In this document: piece after piece, positions 8,108 through 15,335 of the stretch
Position numbering within the stretch: the stretch's first letter is position 1
How the letters are laid out: each line of letters opens with the position of its first letter
Virus record (IMG/VR): IMGVR_UViG_3300037882_003354
Coordinates: 124,001 to 188,000 of that record
Direction: 5' to 3' (one strand)
DNA: 64,000 bases
Position numbers and translations under genes: made by a program
Notes under the pieces: generated by a model
Databases searched by the model: none
What the model saw: the letters and a program-made list of their open reading frames with translations, nothing else
Told to the model about the DNA's origin: nothing

Positions 8108-8212
8108 ATGAAGACAAAAGACCTACTGTTTGAAATTGAAGTCATCCTCATGCTCATCGTGGGCTTTGGATTGTTTTTCGCACTCCTTTACATGGCAGGA
8201 ATGACACTATGA
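8108..8212 (+). CDS. 34 aa leaderless single-TM micro-protein (not in ORF track)
   Basis: MKTKDLLFEIEVILMLIVGFGLFFALLYMAGMTL; ATG at predicted +1; ATGA overlap with next gene. Confidence 0.65.
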   Translation: MKTKDLLFEIEVILMLIVGFGLFFALLYMAGMTL

Positions 8213-8445
8213 GCAAGATGAGTGAACTATTTTACGACCTCCTGGAGATGCTGGAACTGGGCCGCACTGATTCAGAAATCAGCCTGGCCACCGGCTTCCC
8301 GCTGGAAGCCATTGCCATCTGGCGGGCAGATGCTGAACTGCGCCCTGAGAGCGCCAGTGAAGAGAGCGACTGGCAAACCGACACCGGGCCTGGTGATGAA
8401 GAGGATGGCTGGGACGATGACGAATGGTTCATCCAGGCCGAGTGA
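8209..8445 (+). CDS. highly acidic small protein
   Basis: short HTH-like N-half, D/E/W-rich tail. Confidence 0.7.
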   Translation: MSKMSELFYDLLEMLELGRTDSEISLATGFPLEAIAIWRADAELRPESASEESDWQTDTGPGDEEDGWDDDEWFIQAE

Positions 8446-8450
8446 CAGAC

Positions 8451-8768
8451 ATGCGGCCACCACCCCAGAACGTGCCCACCCTGACTGACGTGGTGCATGA
8501 GCCACCACCCAGGTGGGTGGTGCATCAGACTCTGAGCGACCACCAGCTGCCCAAACTCAGCTGCATCATGCTGCACCTGCGACTGCATGAACAGTATTAT
8601 CAGGTGCAGCTGAGCACCTCACGTGGCATCTGGGCCATGATTCGCCTGGCCCTGGTGCCCCTGTCGGAGATTCAACAGGCCAACGACCTGTTGCGCATGA
8701 AGATCCAGAAGTACGGTGACATCCGAGGATATCGCCTGCTGGTGGCGGGTTGCAGGAAAAACACTTGA
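8451..8768 (+). CDS. hypothetical protein
   Basis: fills the gap to the next promoter; stop inside TTGACA. Confidence 0.6.
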   Translation: MRPPPQNVPTLTDVVHEPPPRWVVHQTLSDHQLPKLSCIMLHLRLHEQYYQVQLSTSRGIWAMIRLALVPLSEIQQANDLLRMKIQKYGDIRGYRLLVAGCRKNT

Positions 8769-8792
8769 CATCCTGACGGAAGTCGCTATAAT
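8765..8792 (+). promoter_or_regulatory. early promoter P17
   Basis: TTGACA-16-TATAAT-gatcac-ATG. Confidence 0.85.
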
Positions 8793-8798
8793 GATCAC

Positions 8799-9239
8799 AT
8801 GACGACGCAACAGGAGCACCAGATGGCTAAATTGAACAAAGAACAGCGCGAAGCCCTGGCCGTGGCCGATGCCCAGGCTGAACAGGCCCGGCTGCAGTCC
8901 CTGGTGGACTCCTATCCCCAGCGCCTGATGGACGCTCTGAGCCGGGCCCTGGCCCAGGGTGCTCATGCGGATGTGGATGCCCCGGGCATGTTCTTCAGTG
9001 TGGTGTTCCGTGACTCAGGGCGTGTGATCAATGTGTCCTATGCATGCGGCGGGCCCATGGATGAGGAGTATCTGCAGGACCTGCTGTTCGAGGTGGCCCA
9101 CCTGGAGTTCCTGCGTGAGGAAGAACGCCGCCTGGAACAGGTGCGAGTCACGGCCCTGGCCAAACTGTCGGATGAAGAAATCAAGGTCTTGGGGCTCCAG
9201 TGCGCCGCCCGGGGCACCTGGAACCGCGACTGCTATTGA
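8799..9239 (+). CDS. hypothetical protein (dual start 8799/8823)
   Basis: coiled coil ending ALAKLSDEEIKVLGL. Confidence 0.75.
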   Translation: MTTQQEHQMAKLNKEQREALAVADAQAEQARLQSLVDSYPQRLMDALSRALAQGAHADVDAPGMFFSVVFRDSGRVINVSYACGGPMDEEYLQDLLFEVAHLEFLREEERRLEQVRVTALAKLSDEEIKVLGLQCAARGTWNRDCY

Positions 9240-9253
9240 GCCGGGAGCACCTG

Positions 9254-9469
9254 ATGTACGCACTATTCGCTGGAGATGTATTCTACCCACAGGGCGGCTG
9301 GCGGGACCTGCAGGGAGTGTACCAGACCCTGACACAGGCACAGGAGGCCCTGGCTCGCATACAATCTGAGCCTGATGAGCACGGTGACGTGCCCGATGCC
9401 TTCGAATGGGCTCACGTGGTGGACCTGCGCCGTGCCCATCTGGTGTGGGACTGGCACCGTCAGGATTGA
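9254..9469 (+). CDS. conserved phage hypothetical protein
   Basis: GGGAG SD; LFAG..FYP.GGW.D...WAHVVD motif. Confidence 0.7.
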   Translation: MYALFAGDVFYPQGGWRDLQGVYQTLTQAQEALARIQSEPDEHGDVPDAFEWAHVVDLRRAHLVWDWHRQD

Positions 9470-9493
9470 CATTCAGCACAGGGTGTGTATAAT
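9466..9493 (+). promoter_or_regulatory. early promoter P18
   Basis: TTGACA-16-TATAAT-gcactc-ATG. Confidence 0.85.
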
Positions 9494-9499
9494 GCACTC

Positions 9500-9578
9500 A
9501 TGCGTTCGAACAGTCTGACTGGGGGTGGACGGCGAGGCTGGGCCACATGATGGCCCTCCCTTTCCCTGAAAGAAACAG
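9500..9578 (+). ncRNA. candidate small RNA or 16-aa leaderless peptide
   Basis: strong promoter followed by only 79 nt before the next promoter; hairpin GGGCCA-catga-TGGCCC. Confidence 0.35.
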
Positions 9579-9606
9579 TTGACAAGACGGCACAAGGCGC
9601 TAGAAT
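9579..9606 (+). promoter_or_regulatory. early promoter P19
   Basis: TTGACA-16-TAGAAT. Confidence 0.8.
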
Positions 9607-9613
9607 ACATGAC

Positions 9614-9820
9614 ATGACGACGCAACTTCAACTGGAGCAGAACATGGACATGAACCAACGCCGCCAACTGGCCCTCCGCGCAGCCGCAGCCTTCCGTGAA
9701 GCCTGGGCGCTCATGGACCAGGCCATTGGCTGGGACGCCAGCGGCGCCCTGGCTGAGGATGGCCTGGTCACCATCATCCACGAACTGGAGCGGCAGGAGT
9801 TCGTGGGAGTGGCGGAATAA
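9614..9820 (+). CDS. hypothetical protein (dual start 9614/9644)
   Basis: 68 aa ORF, GGAG internal SD. Confidence 0.7.
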   Translation: MTTQLQLEQNMDMNQRRQLALRAAAAFREAWALMDQAIGWDASGALAEDGLVTIIHELERQEFVGVAE

Positions 9821-9827
9821 GGAGCAC

Positions 9828-10058
9828 ATGATGAAGCGTCAATACAATAAATGGAGTGAGATCCTGAAGGGTGATCTATCCGCCCAGGATCGTCGAAAGA
9901 TTCGGAACTCTGTCACACTATACGTTCAGACCCCCAAGGGCTGGAACAGCGTTGCCGTATGCTATACCCGACAAGAAGCTGAAGAGTTCAAAGAACGAAT
10001 TGTTCGGGGCAGGTTCACACTCAAATACGAGCACGAAAAAGTCTTTAAAATTGGTTGA
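9828..10058 (+). CDS. basic hypothetical protein
   Basis: TAAGGAG SD; visibly more AT-rich than neighbours; stop inside TTGACA. Confidence 0.7.
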   Translation: MMKRQYNKWSEILKGDLSAQDRRKIRNSVTLYVQTPKGWNSVAVCYTRQEAEEFKERIVRGRFTLKYEHEKVFKIG

Positions 10059-10082
10059 CATTCCGGCAGAAGGCGGTATAAT
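10055..10082 (+). promoter_or_regulatory. early promoter P20
   Basis: TTGACA-16-TATAAT-acacac-ATG. Confidence 0.85.
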
Positions 10083-10088
10083 ACACAC

Positions 10089-10532
10089 ATGACGACGCAA
10101 CAGGAGCCAACAATGACTGAAGCCACTTTCCCCAGCTGGGACGACATGACGGACCTGCAGCAGGCCCAGTGCATGTTCTGGGACATGTACAAGGACGCCC
10201 ACGGCTTCCGTCCCCGTGGCGTGGACACCAGCGCCTGGACCCTGGAGGACTTCAGCCGGGAGTTTGACTTCCTGGGGCGGGTGATTGAGCAGCAGGAACA
10301 GGAGCGCATCCTGAAGGAGCAGCAGGCCATCACCCACTTTGAGCGCCGCCTGCAGGAGTTGATGAAACTGGGCGCCCAGGACCGTGAGGACGCCATCCGC
10401 TGGTGCCTGGATGCGGACGATGCCCGGGACCTGGAGGACTTGGCCTGGCGCAACGAACTGCCCTGGAACTACCTCCGGGTTCAGCCCCTGCGTGGTGACG
10501 GCCGCTACGACGCTGAAGTCAGCGACGAATAA
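10089..10532 (+). CDS. conserved phage hypothetical protein (dual start 10089/10113)
   Basis: WDMYKDAHGFRPR motif. Confidence 0.8.
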   Translation: MTTQQEPTMTEATFPSWDDMTDLQQAQCMFWDMYKDAHGFRPRGVDTSAWTLEDFSREFDFLGRVIEQQEQERILKEQQAITHFERRLQELMKLGAQDREDAIRWCLDADDARDLEDLAWRNELPWNYLRVQPLRGDGRYDAEVSDE

Positions 10533-10536
10533 AGGC

Positions 10537-10564
10537 TTGACATTCCGGCTGCGGCCGCTATAAT
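10537..10564 (+). promoter_or_regulatory. early promoter P21
   Basis: TTGACA-16-TATAAT-acacac-ATG. Confidence 0.85.
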
Positions 10565-10570
10565 ACACAC

Positions 10571-11488
10571 ATGACGACAACTACACAGGAACGCAACATG
10601 AAGACAGGCATCATCGTATTCTCCGAAGGCAAGTGGCAGGGTCGTGACGAACAAGGCCGCATCTTGCTCACCAGCGTGGACCAGGACCGTGTGCGCCGTG
10701 TGCTCATGAAAAAGCACGAGTGCACCAACGTCCAGATCCTGGATCAAGCCCAGTCAGAGGCTGCCGAGACCCAGAGCCAGTGGCCCATCAATCAGCGTTT
10801 CGACTTCCTGAGCCAGCTGGTGCGCATGGTGGGACAAGGCAACGCGGTGAGCTTGATTGTCACGGGTCCCGGCGGCCTGGGCAAGACCCACACGGTGCGT
10901 GAGGGACTCCTGGCATGTGGCCTCAAAGAAGCCACCGTGGACGGCGTGAATGGCGAAGGCACCTTCAAGATCATCAAGGGCTACAGCACCGCCAAGGGCT
11001 TGTACCGCGAGCTGTATCAGAACCAGGACAGCGTGTTGGTGTTTGACGACTGCGATGATGTGCTCAAGGATCCCACTGCACTCAACCTGCTGAAAGGCGC
11101 ACTGGATTCGTACGACAAGCGCATCATCAGCTGGAATGCAGACATGCGTGACGACGACCTGGAGCGCAGTTTCCAGTTCAACGGCCGCGTGATCTTCATC
11201 AGCAATCTCAACCGCGATCGCATGGACACGGCACTCAAGACCCGAGCCTACTGCGTGGACCTGGCCATGAGCTTGAGCCAGAAGATCGAGCGCATGCAGG
11301 TGCTGGCTGCGTCGGATGACTTCATGCCACGTGCCCGCCGTGAGCACAAGGCCGACGCCCTGGCTCTGATCCAAGAGCTGGGCCCACGCTGCCGTGAAGT
11401 CAGCCTGCGCACCCTGCAGGCCGTCACCCGCATCCGTGCTGCGGGCGGCGCCTGGCGTGAACTGGCAGAGTACACCCTGACCAATTGA
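10571..11488 (+). CDS. AAA+ family P-loop ATPase, paralog of 2207..3085 (dual start 10571/10598)
   Basis: GPGGLGKT, VLVFDDCD, LNLLKGALDS, RIISWN, FISN, REVSLR. Confidence 0.85.
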   Translation: MTTTTQERNMKTGIIVFSEGKWQGRDEQGRILLTSVDQDRVRRVLMKKHECTNVQILDQAQSEAAETQSQWPINQRFDFLSQLVRMVGQGNAVSLIVTGPGGLGKTHTVREGLLACGLKEATVDGVNGEGTFKIIKGYSTAKGLYRELYQNQDSVLVFDDCDDVLKDPTALNLLKGALDSYDKRIISWNADMRDDDLERSFQFNGRVIFISNLNRDRMDTALKTRAYCVDLAMSLSQKIERMQVLAASDDFMPRARREHKADALALIQELGPRCREVSLRTLQAVTRIRAAGGAWRELAEYTLTN

Positions 11489-11514
11489 CACACCAGGGCT
11501 CCTGCCCTTATAAT
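11485..11514 (+). promoter_or_regulatory. early promoter P22
   Basis: TTGACA-18-TATAAT-gcattc-ATG; IR CAGGGCTCCTG 11494-11504 / CAGGAGCCCTG 11530-11540. Confidence 0.8.
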
Positions 11515-11520
11515 GCATTC

Positions 11521-12255
11521 ATGATGACCCAGGAGCCCTGCATGCTGCAAGAACGAATCCAACTGGTCCAAGCAAAGATCCAGACCCTGATCACCCAGTG
11601 GTCTGCCCAGACTGGGCAGACCCTGCCTGACATCCAGGTGAAGTTTGATCTGCGCGGCCGGGTGGCTGGCTGGGCCGGGTCACGTGGTGGCCGGTACTTC
11701 ATGCGCTTCAACACCGACATGATGCAGAACGCCGCATGGACGCATGTGATCAACAACACCGTGCCACACGAGCTGGCCCACGTCATCTGCTTTGTTCAGG
11801 GCACGGACTCAGGACATGGCCGTGTATGGGTCAGAACCTGCCGCAGCCTGGGCGGTAATGGAGAGCGTTGCCACTCAGAGGCTGTCACATACGCCAAAGG
11901 CAAGACCTATGTGTACACCACCCACACGGGCCGCACCATCCACCTGAGCAGCATCAAGCATAAGAAGATCCAGCAGGGCGCATCCTATACGGGACGCAAC
12001 GGCCTGGGCCGCATAGACAGCCGGTGTGCATATCATGTGCTGGGGCAGACTGTACAGCCCGTGACCCGTGTGACGCCACCCGTGGCAGCACCGCGTGTGG
12101 TCTCGGGCAGCCGTGCGGCGCAGGTGCGCGCCTGGATAGTGCAGGGTCTGACCCAGGCTCAGGTTTATGAGCTGTGCCGGAGCCAGCTGGCTCAGACTGA
12201 CGCTCAGGCCCGACAGTATTGGAGGACCGAGAGTGCCAAGGTGGGCCGTGTGTGA
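11521..12255 (+). CDS. SprT-like zinc metalloprotease
   Basis: LRGRVAG, VPHELAH (HExxH), HG..W....R.LG, RCH motifs of the SprT family. Confidence 0.85.
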   Translation: MMTQEPCMLQERIQLVQAKIQTLITQWSAQTGQTLPDIQVKFDLRGRVAGWAGSRGGRYFMRFNTDMMQNAAWTHVINNTVPHELAHVICFVQGTDSGHGRVWVRTCRSLGGNGERCHSEAVTYAKGKTYVYTTHTGRTIHLSSIKHKKIQQGASYTGRNGLGRIDSRCAYHVLGQTVQPVTRVTPPVAAPRVVSGSRAAQVRAWIVQGLTQAQVYELCRSQLAQTDAQARQYWRTESAKVGRV

Positions 12256-12340
12256 GGGTGGCTCAGGTGGGCAGGGTAGGGTGCCCAGGGCTCAGTCGAC
12301 AAATGCCATCACTTGCTGGACTTTTGCAAGCTGCATGCTT

Positions 12341-12382
12341 TCTTCAAATGATCTTCAAATGATCTTCAAATGATCTTCAAAA
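12341..12382. repeat. 11-bp tandem repeat TCTTCAAATGA x3.8
   Basis: copies at 12341, 12352, 12363 and partial at 12374. Confidence 0.95.
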
Positions 12383-12459
12383 TAAACCATCAAACCTTCA
12401 AAATACCACAGGGGTGTTAGAGTGAATACCTGTTTCTAGACTTCTTAAAAACACAGAAT

Positions 12460-13427
12460 ATTTCTCCGTCGAAATTTCACAGTACCCGGAAAAATGGGGC
12501 CCAGGGTGTTGGCATGACTAGCCCACCCTGCCCTCATGGTGACATCCACCGTGTGTAAAACTTTCACTCACCACAGCATCAGCCCTGGCTGAATTTTTTT
12601 TACCGAATTTTCGGGCTGCCCGGAAAACATGGGGCCCTGTGGTATTCCCACCTGGGAACAACATCCATGATCAGGCCCACCACCATGCACATGCCAGCAC
12701 CAGCACGACCATCACCCCCACCGCATCCCAGATGCCGTTCAGGGGATTGTCAGGACTTCTGCCACCACATCCATCCAGTGGACTGGTACAGTGGGCACAG
12801 CGCGTGGCCACCCATTCAACTTGTTGTAGACATGCATGACATGTGGCCATCCTGCTCTCTCCGTATTAAAAGTGTTAAAAGTTCGGTTGTCATTCTAGTC
12901 TACGCTGGGACGCTGTGATTGTCAACTCAAGAACACCATCGCCCCTGCCAGAATTTTTTTACCCGATTTCTGCCTCACCCGGTAAATATTCCCCAGCATC
13001 ATGCCACCTGATGCCGCCAGGACATGGTCCCAGCCCGTGGATACCCTGAATTCCGTCAGCAGGGTCATCTGGCCTGGCCACGCACGGTTGCTCAGGGTCA
13101 TGCGGTCTCCTGGTCTGATCTACACCTTGTGGGCAATGTGGAGACCGATCTCAGCGTACTAGCACCTGACAAAGTCACCCGGGCACAACGTCAGGTCACC
13201 CAGGGTCGTGTGGAGATGCCCATGGTGGGCATCTGGCCCGACCATTCACTGGATTTAATCGGTGGCAACACTCGTACGGCCGCCCTGCTGGCTGCCGGAC
13301 ATGATCCACAAGTGTGGTTGGTCACTGTGCCCGCCCGGCTGAGTCACCGGTCTTCACGCTGATTAAGTCAGTAGTTTAATTTAAAAAAATCTTTTCCACG
13401 CTTCGCGCTTCGCGCAGTGTGGGGCCC
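12460..13427. repeat. dispersed repeats in non-coding region (T-tract / CCCGG(A/T)AAA / TGGGGCCC)
   Basis: CCCGGAAAAATGGGGCCC 12485-12502, CCCGGAAAACATGGGGCCC 12619-12637, GAATTTTTTT at 12591 and 12951, TGGGGCCC 13420-13427. Confidence 0.7.
13024..13362 (+). CDS. ParB/Srx-like domain protein
   Basis: EMPMV...LDLIGGNTRTAAL resembles the ParB N-terminal GxxR motif; start uncertain. Confidence 0.5.
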   Translation: MVPARGYPEFRQQGHLAWPRTVAQGHAVSWSDLHLVGNVETDLSVLAPDKVTRAQRQVTQGRVEMPMVGIWPDHSLDLIGGNTRTAALLAAGHDPQVWLVTVPARLSHRSSR

Positions 13428-13468
13428 AGACCCGCGCCGGACTCACCGCCATTCTTTTCATCCGGACA

Positions 13469-13474
13469 TAAATA
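13469..13474 (+). promoter_or_regulatory. late-type promoter TAAATA
   Basis: cATAAATA 6 nt before ATG 13481; resembles T4 late TATAAATA. Confidence 0.6.
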
Positions 13475-13480
13475 TTCACT

Positions 13481-14728
13481 ATGAGAGCACGCGAATTCCT
13501 TAGATTACTTGAAGAAGATGCATCATCTTCTGACCCTTTGTACGGGCTAAAAGTCATGATTGCCGGCAAGATCAAAGATCTTCCACCCACCAAAGAAACA
13601 CAAGACGCCCTGACTGAGATTGAAGATCTACTCAGCAATGTGGGCGCTGGTGGACGACTGGGCTTGATCAATCAGACATTGAGCTCCATTCATGATCCCA
13701 GTGTGACCAAGGCACAAAAACTCCTGGCCAAATACATATTGAGTGTTCCCATGACACGGGAACAACGAGATGATCTGTTCAGTCGGTGGCGTAATGATCA
13801 ACTGGTCAACAAGGATCTGTTGTTGCAGACTGGGCAGCATGAGATCAAGGACATCATACTGGGCTATGATGAGAATCCTGCCATCAAGGAACTCACCATT
13901 GATCTGGCACAGGTACAGGCCATTGGACAGGGCAAGGGAGAATTTCTCCTCAGCGTGTTCAGCAAGAGCATTTCCAAATTGCAGAAGGGTGACCTCATGA
14001 TCGATGGTCACCAGATTGAAGTCAAAACCTATGACGTAGGTGGCGGTCGATTCTATGACCAGGAGGTTCGAACAGCACAGGGGTACAGCGCCTCCGTGGA
14101 GAATTTCAGGAACACCTGGGCTGATGAAATCGCCTATGCATTTCCCAGTCTGGCCAAGTCGGGATTGAAGCTGGATGATCTCATACTGCTGTCTGACCAC
14201 ATTGAAGTAAAAAAGAAAAAGAAGTACTGGGAGTCTGTCCGACAGGTTTTCCAGAATCTGTTTCCCGGCCAGGACACGTCGGGCATCATCGATGCCATGC
14301 AGGTGGGCAGCAGTGGCGCTGCCAAGCAACTGTATGCATTGACCAGTGTCAAGTATTACCAGAGTGTCAAGAAGGACGATTACGGCATTATTTTCATCAA
14401 CCTGTCAGCTGCCATACCCACATTCGTATTCTTTAAAGATCCTGATGAGTTGTCCGACAGTGGACTGCGGTTGCATGCATCCACGGCCTATCCCGTGGCC
14501 GCCATGGATCCCAAGGATGCATATCCACAGATACGTATTGTACCCGGCGGTGGTGGCGTCACCACAGCACCCAGTTCACCCACTGCGTCACGCAGCCCAG
14601 CTGCGGCGGCTGCACCAGCAGCACGTAAACCCAAACCTGCACCTGTTGCAGCACCCGTCGCTGCACAACCCGCACCTGCTGCCACCACACCACCATCGGT
14701 GCCGGCGGACACGCAACAGCAGCCTTGA
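13481..14728 (+). CDS. hypothetical protein with PD-(D/E)xK-like motif and Pro/Ala-rich tail
   Basis: GKGE...KGDLMIDGHQIEVKT; low-complexity C-terminus. Confidence 0.7.
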   Translation: MRAREFLRLLEEDASSSDPLYGLKVMIAGKIKDLPPTKETQDALTEIEDLLSNVGAGGRLGLINQTLSSIHDPSVTKAQKLLAKYILSVPMTREQRDDLFSRWRNDQLVNKDLLLQTGQHEIKDIILGYDENPAIKELTIDLAQVQAIGQGKGEFLLSVFSKSISKLQKGDLMIDGHQIEVKTYDVGGGRFYDQEVRTAQGYSASVENFRNTWADEIAYAFPSLAKSGLKLDDLILLSDHIEVKKKKKYWESVRQVFQNLFPGQDTSGIIDAMQVGSSGAAKQLYALTSVKYYQSVKKDDYGIIFINLSAAIPTFVFFKDPDELSDSGLRLHASTAYPVAAMDPKDAYPQIRIVPGGGGVTTAPSSPTASRSPAAAAAPAARKPKPAPVAAPVAAQPAPAATTPPSVPADTQQQP

Positions 14729-14780
14729 TCGATCAGGACATTTAATACACCGGTGGCGATCTTTCCGGTAAATATTTTAC

Positions 14781-15335
14781 ATGAACAAACGAATATCCTG
14801 CCAGGGACAACTGCTGGCCGCCAATCCGGTAAACCCTGCCGATGAACTCTGCAAGGCCGTCATCCTGGTGCTCAGCCACAACCCCGACCGGGCTATTGGC
14901 ATACAGATCAACAGCCCCCTGGAAAATCTCACACTACAAGCAGTGGCCGGTAAATTGGGCATAGAGTATGAAGGTGCAGACCCCATCTGGTCTGGTGGCC
15001 CAGCCGGACCAACTAAAATTCATGTCATACATAGTCTGGACTGGGCCAGCCTGAGCACTGTGCAAATCAACGAAGGAATTGGAGTCACCAGTGATGTGTC
15101 AGTGATTGCTGCACTCAGTCGTGGTGATGGCCCTGAACATTTCCGAGCATGTTCGGGATTCTGGATCTGGGAGGATGGACGTCTGGATCGGCAACTGGAT
15201 GTCCGGTCACAAGAGCCCTATACCTGGGAACTCAGCGCCGCCACCGTGACGTCTGTGTTCCAGGGCGAGGGCACCATGCAGTGGCTGGCCGTTCTGGAAG
15301 ACAGTGCCCAGCTGCAGATAGACAACTGGTTCTAA
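14781..15335 (+). CDS. YqgE/AlgH (DUF179) family protein
   Basis: LLAANP, AVILVLSH, AIGIQINSP, GGP, HVIHS, FRACSGFWIW..GRLD; TAAATA at 14769-14774. Confidence 0.8.
   Translation: MNKRISCQGQLLAANPVNPADELCKAVILVLSHNPDRAIGIQINSPLENLTLQAVAGKLGIEYEGADPIWSGGPAGPTKIHVIHSLDWASLSTVQINEGIGVTSDVSVIAALSRGDGPEHFRACSGFWIWEDGRLDRQLDVRSQEPYTWELSAATVTSVFQGEGTMQWLAVLEDSAQLQIDNWF

Noticed and set aside
239-11544. CRISPR array or integron suggested by the recurring repeat
   Set aside because: Repeats are degenerate promoter/leader sequences separated by about 110-1450 nt of mostly coding DNA; no cas genes, integrase or attC-type structure seen
12167-12918. Short ORFs in the repeat region
   Set aside because: No RBS or promoter, repeat-derived translation; treated as non-coding
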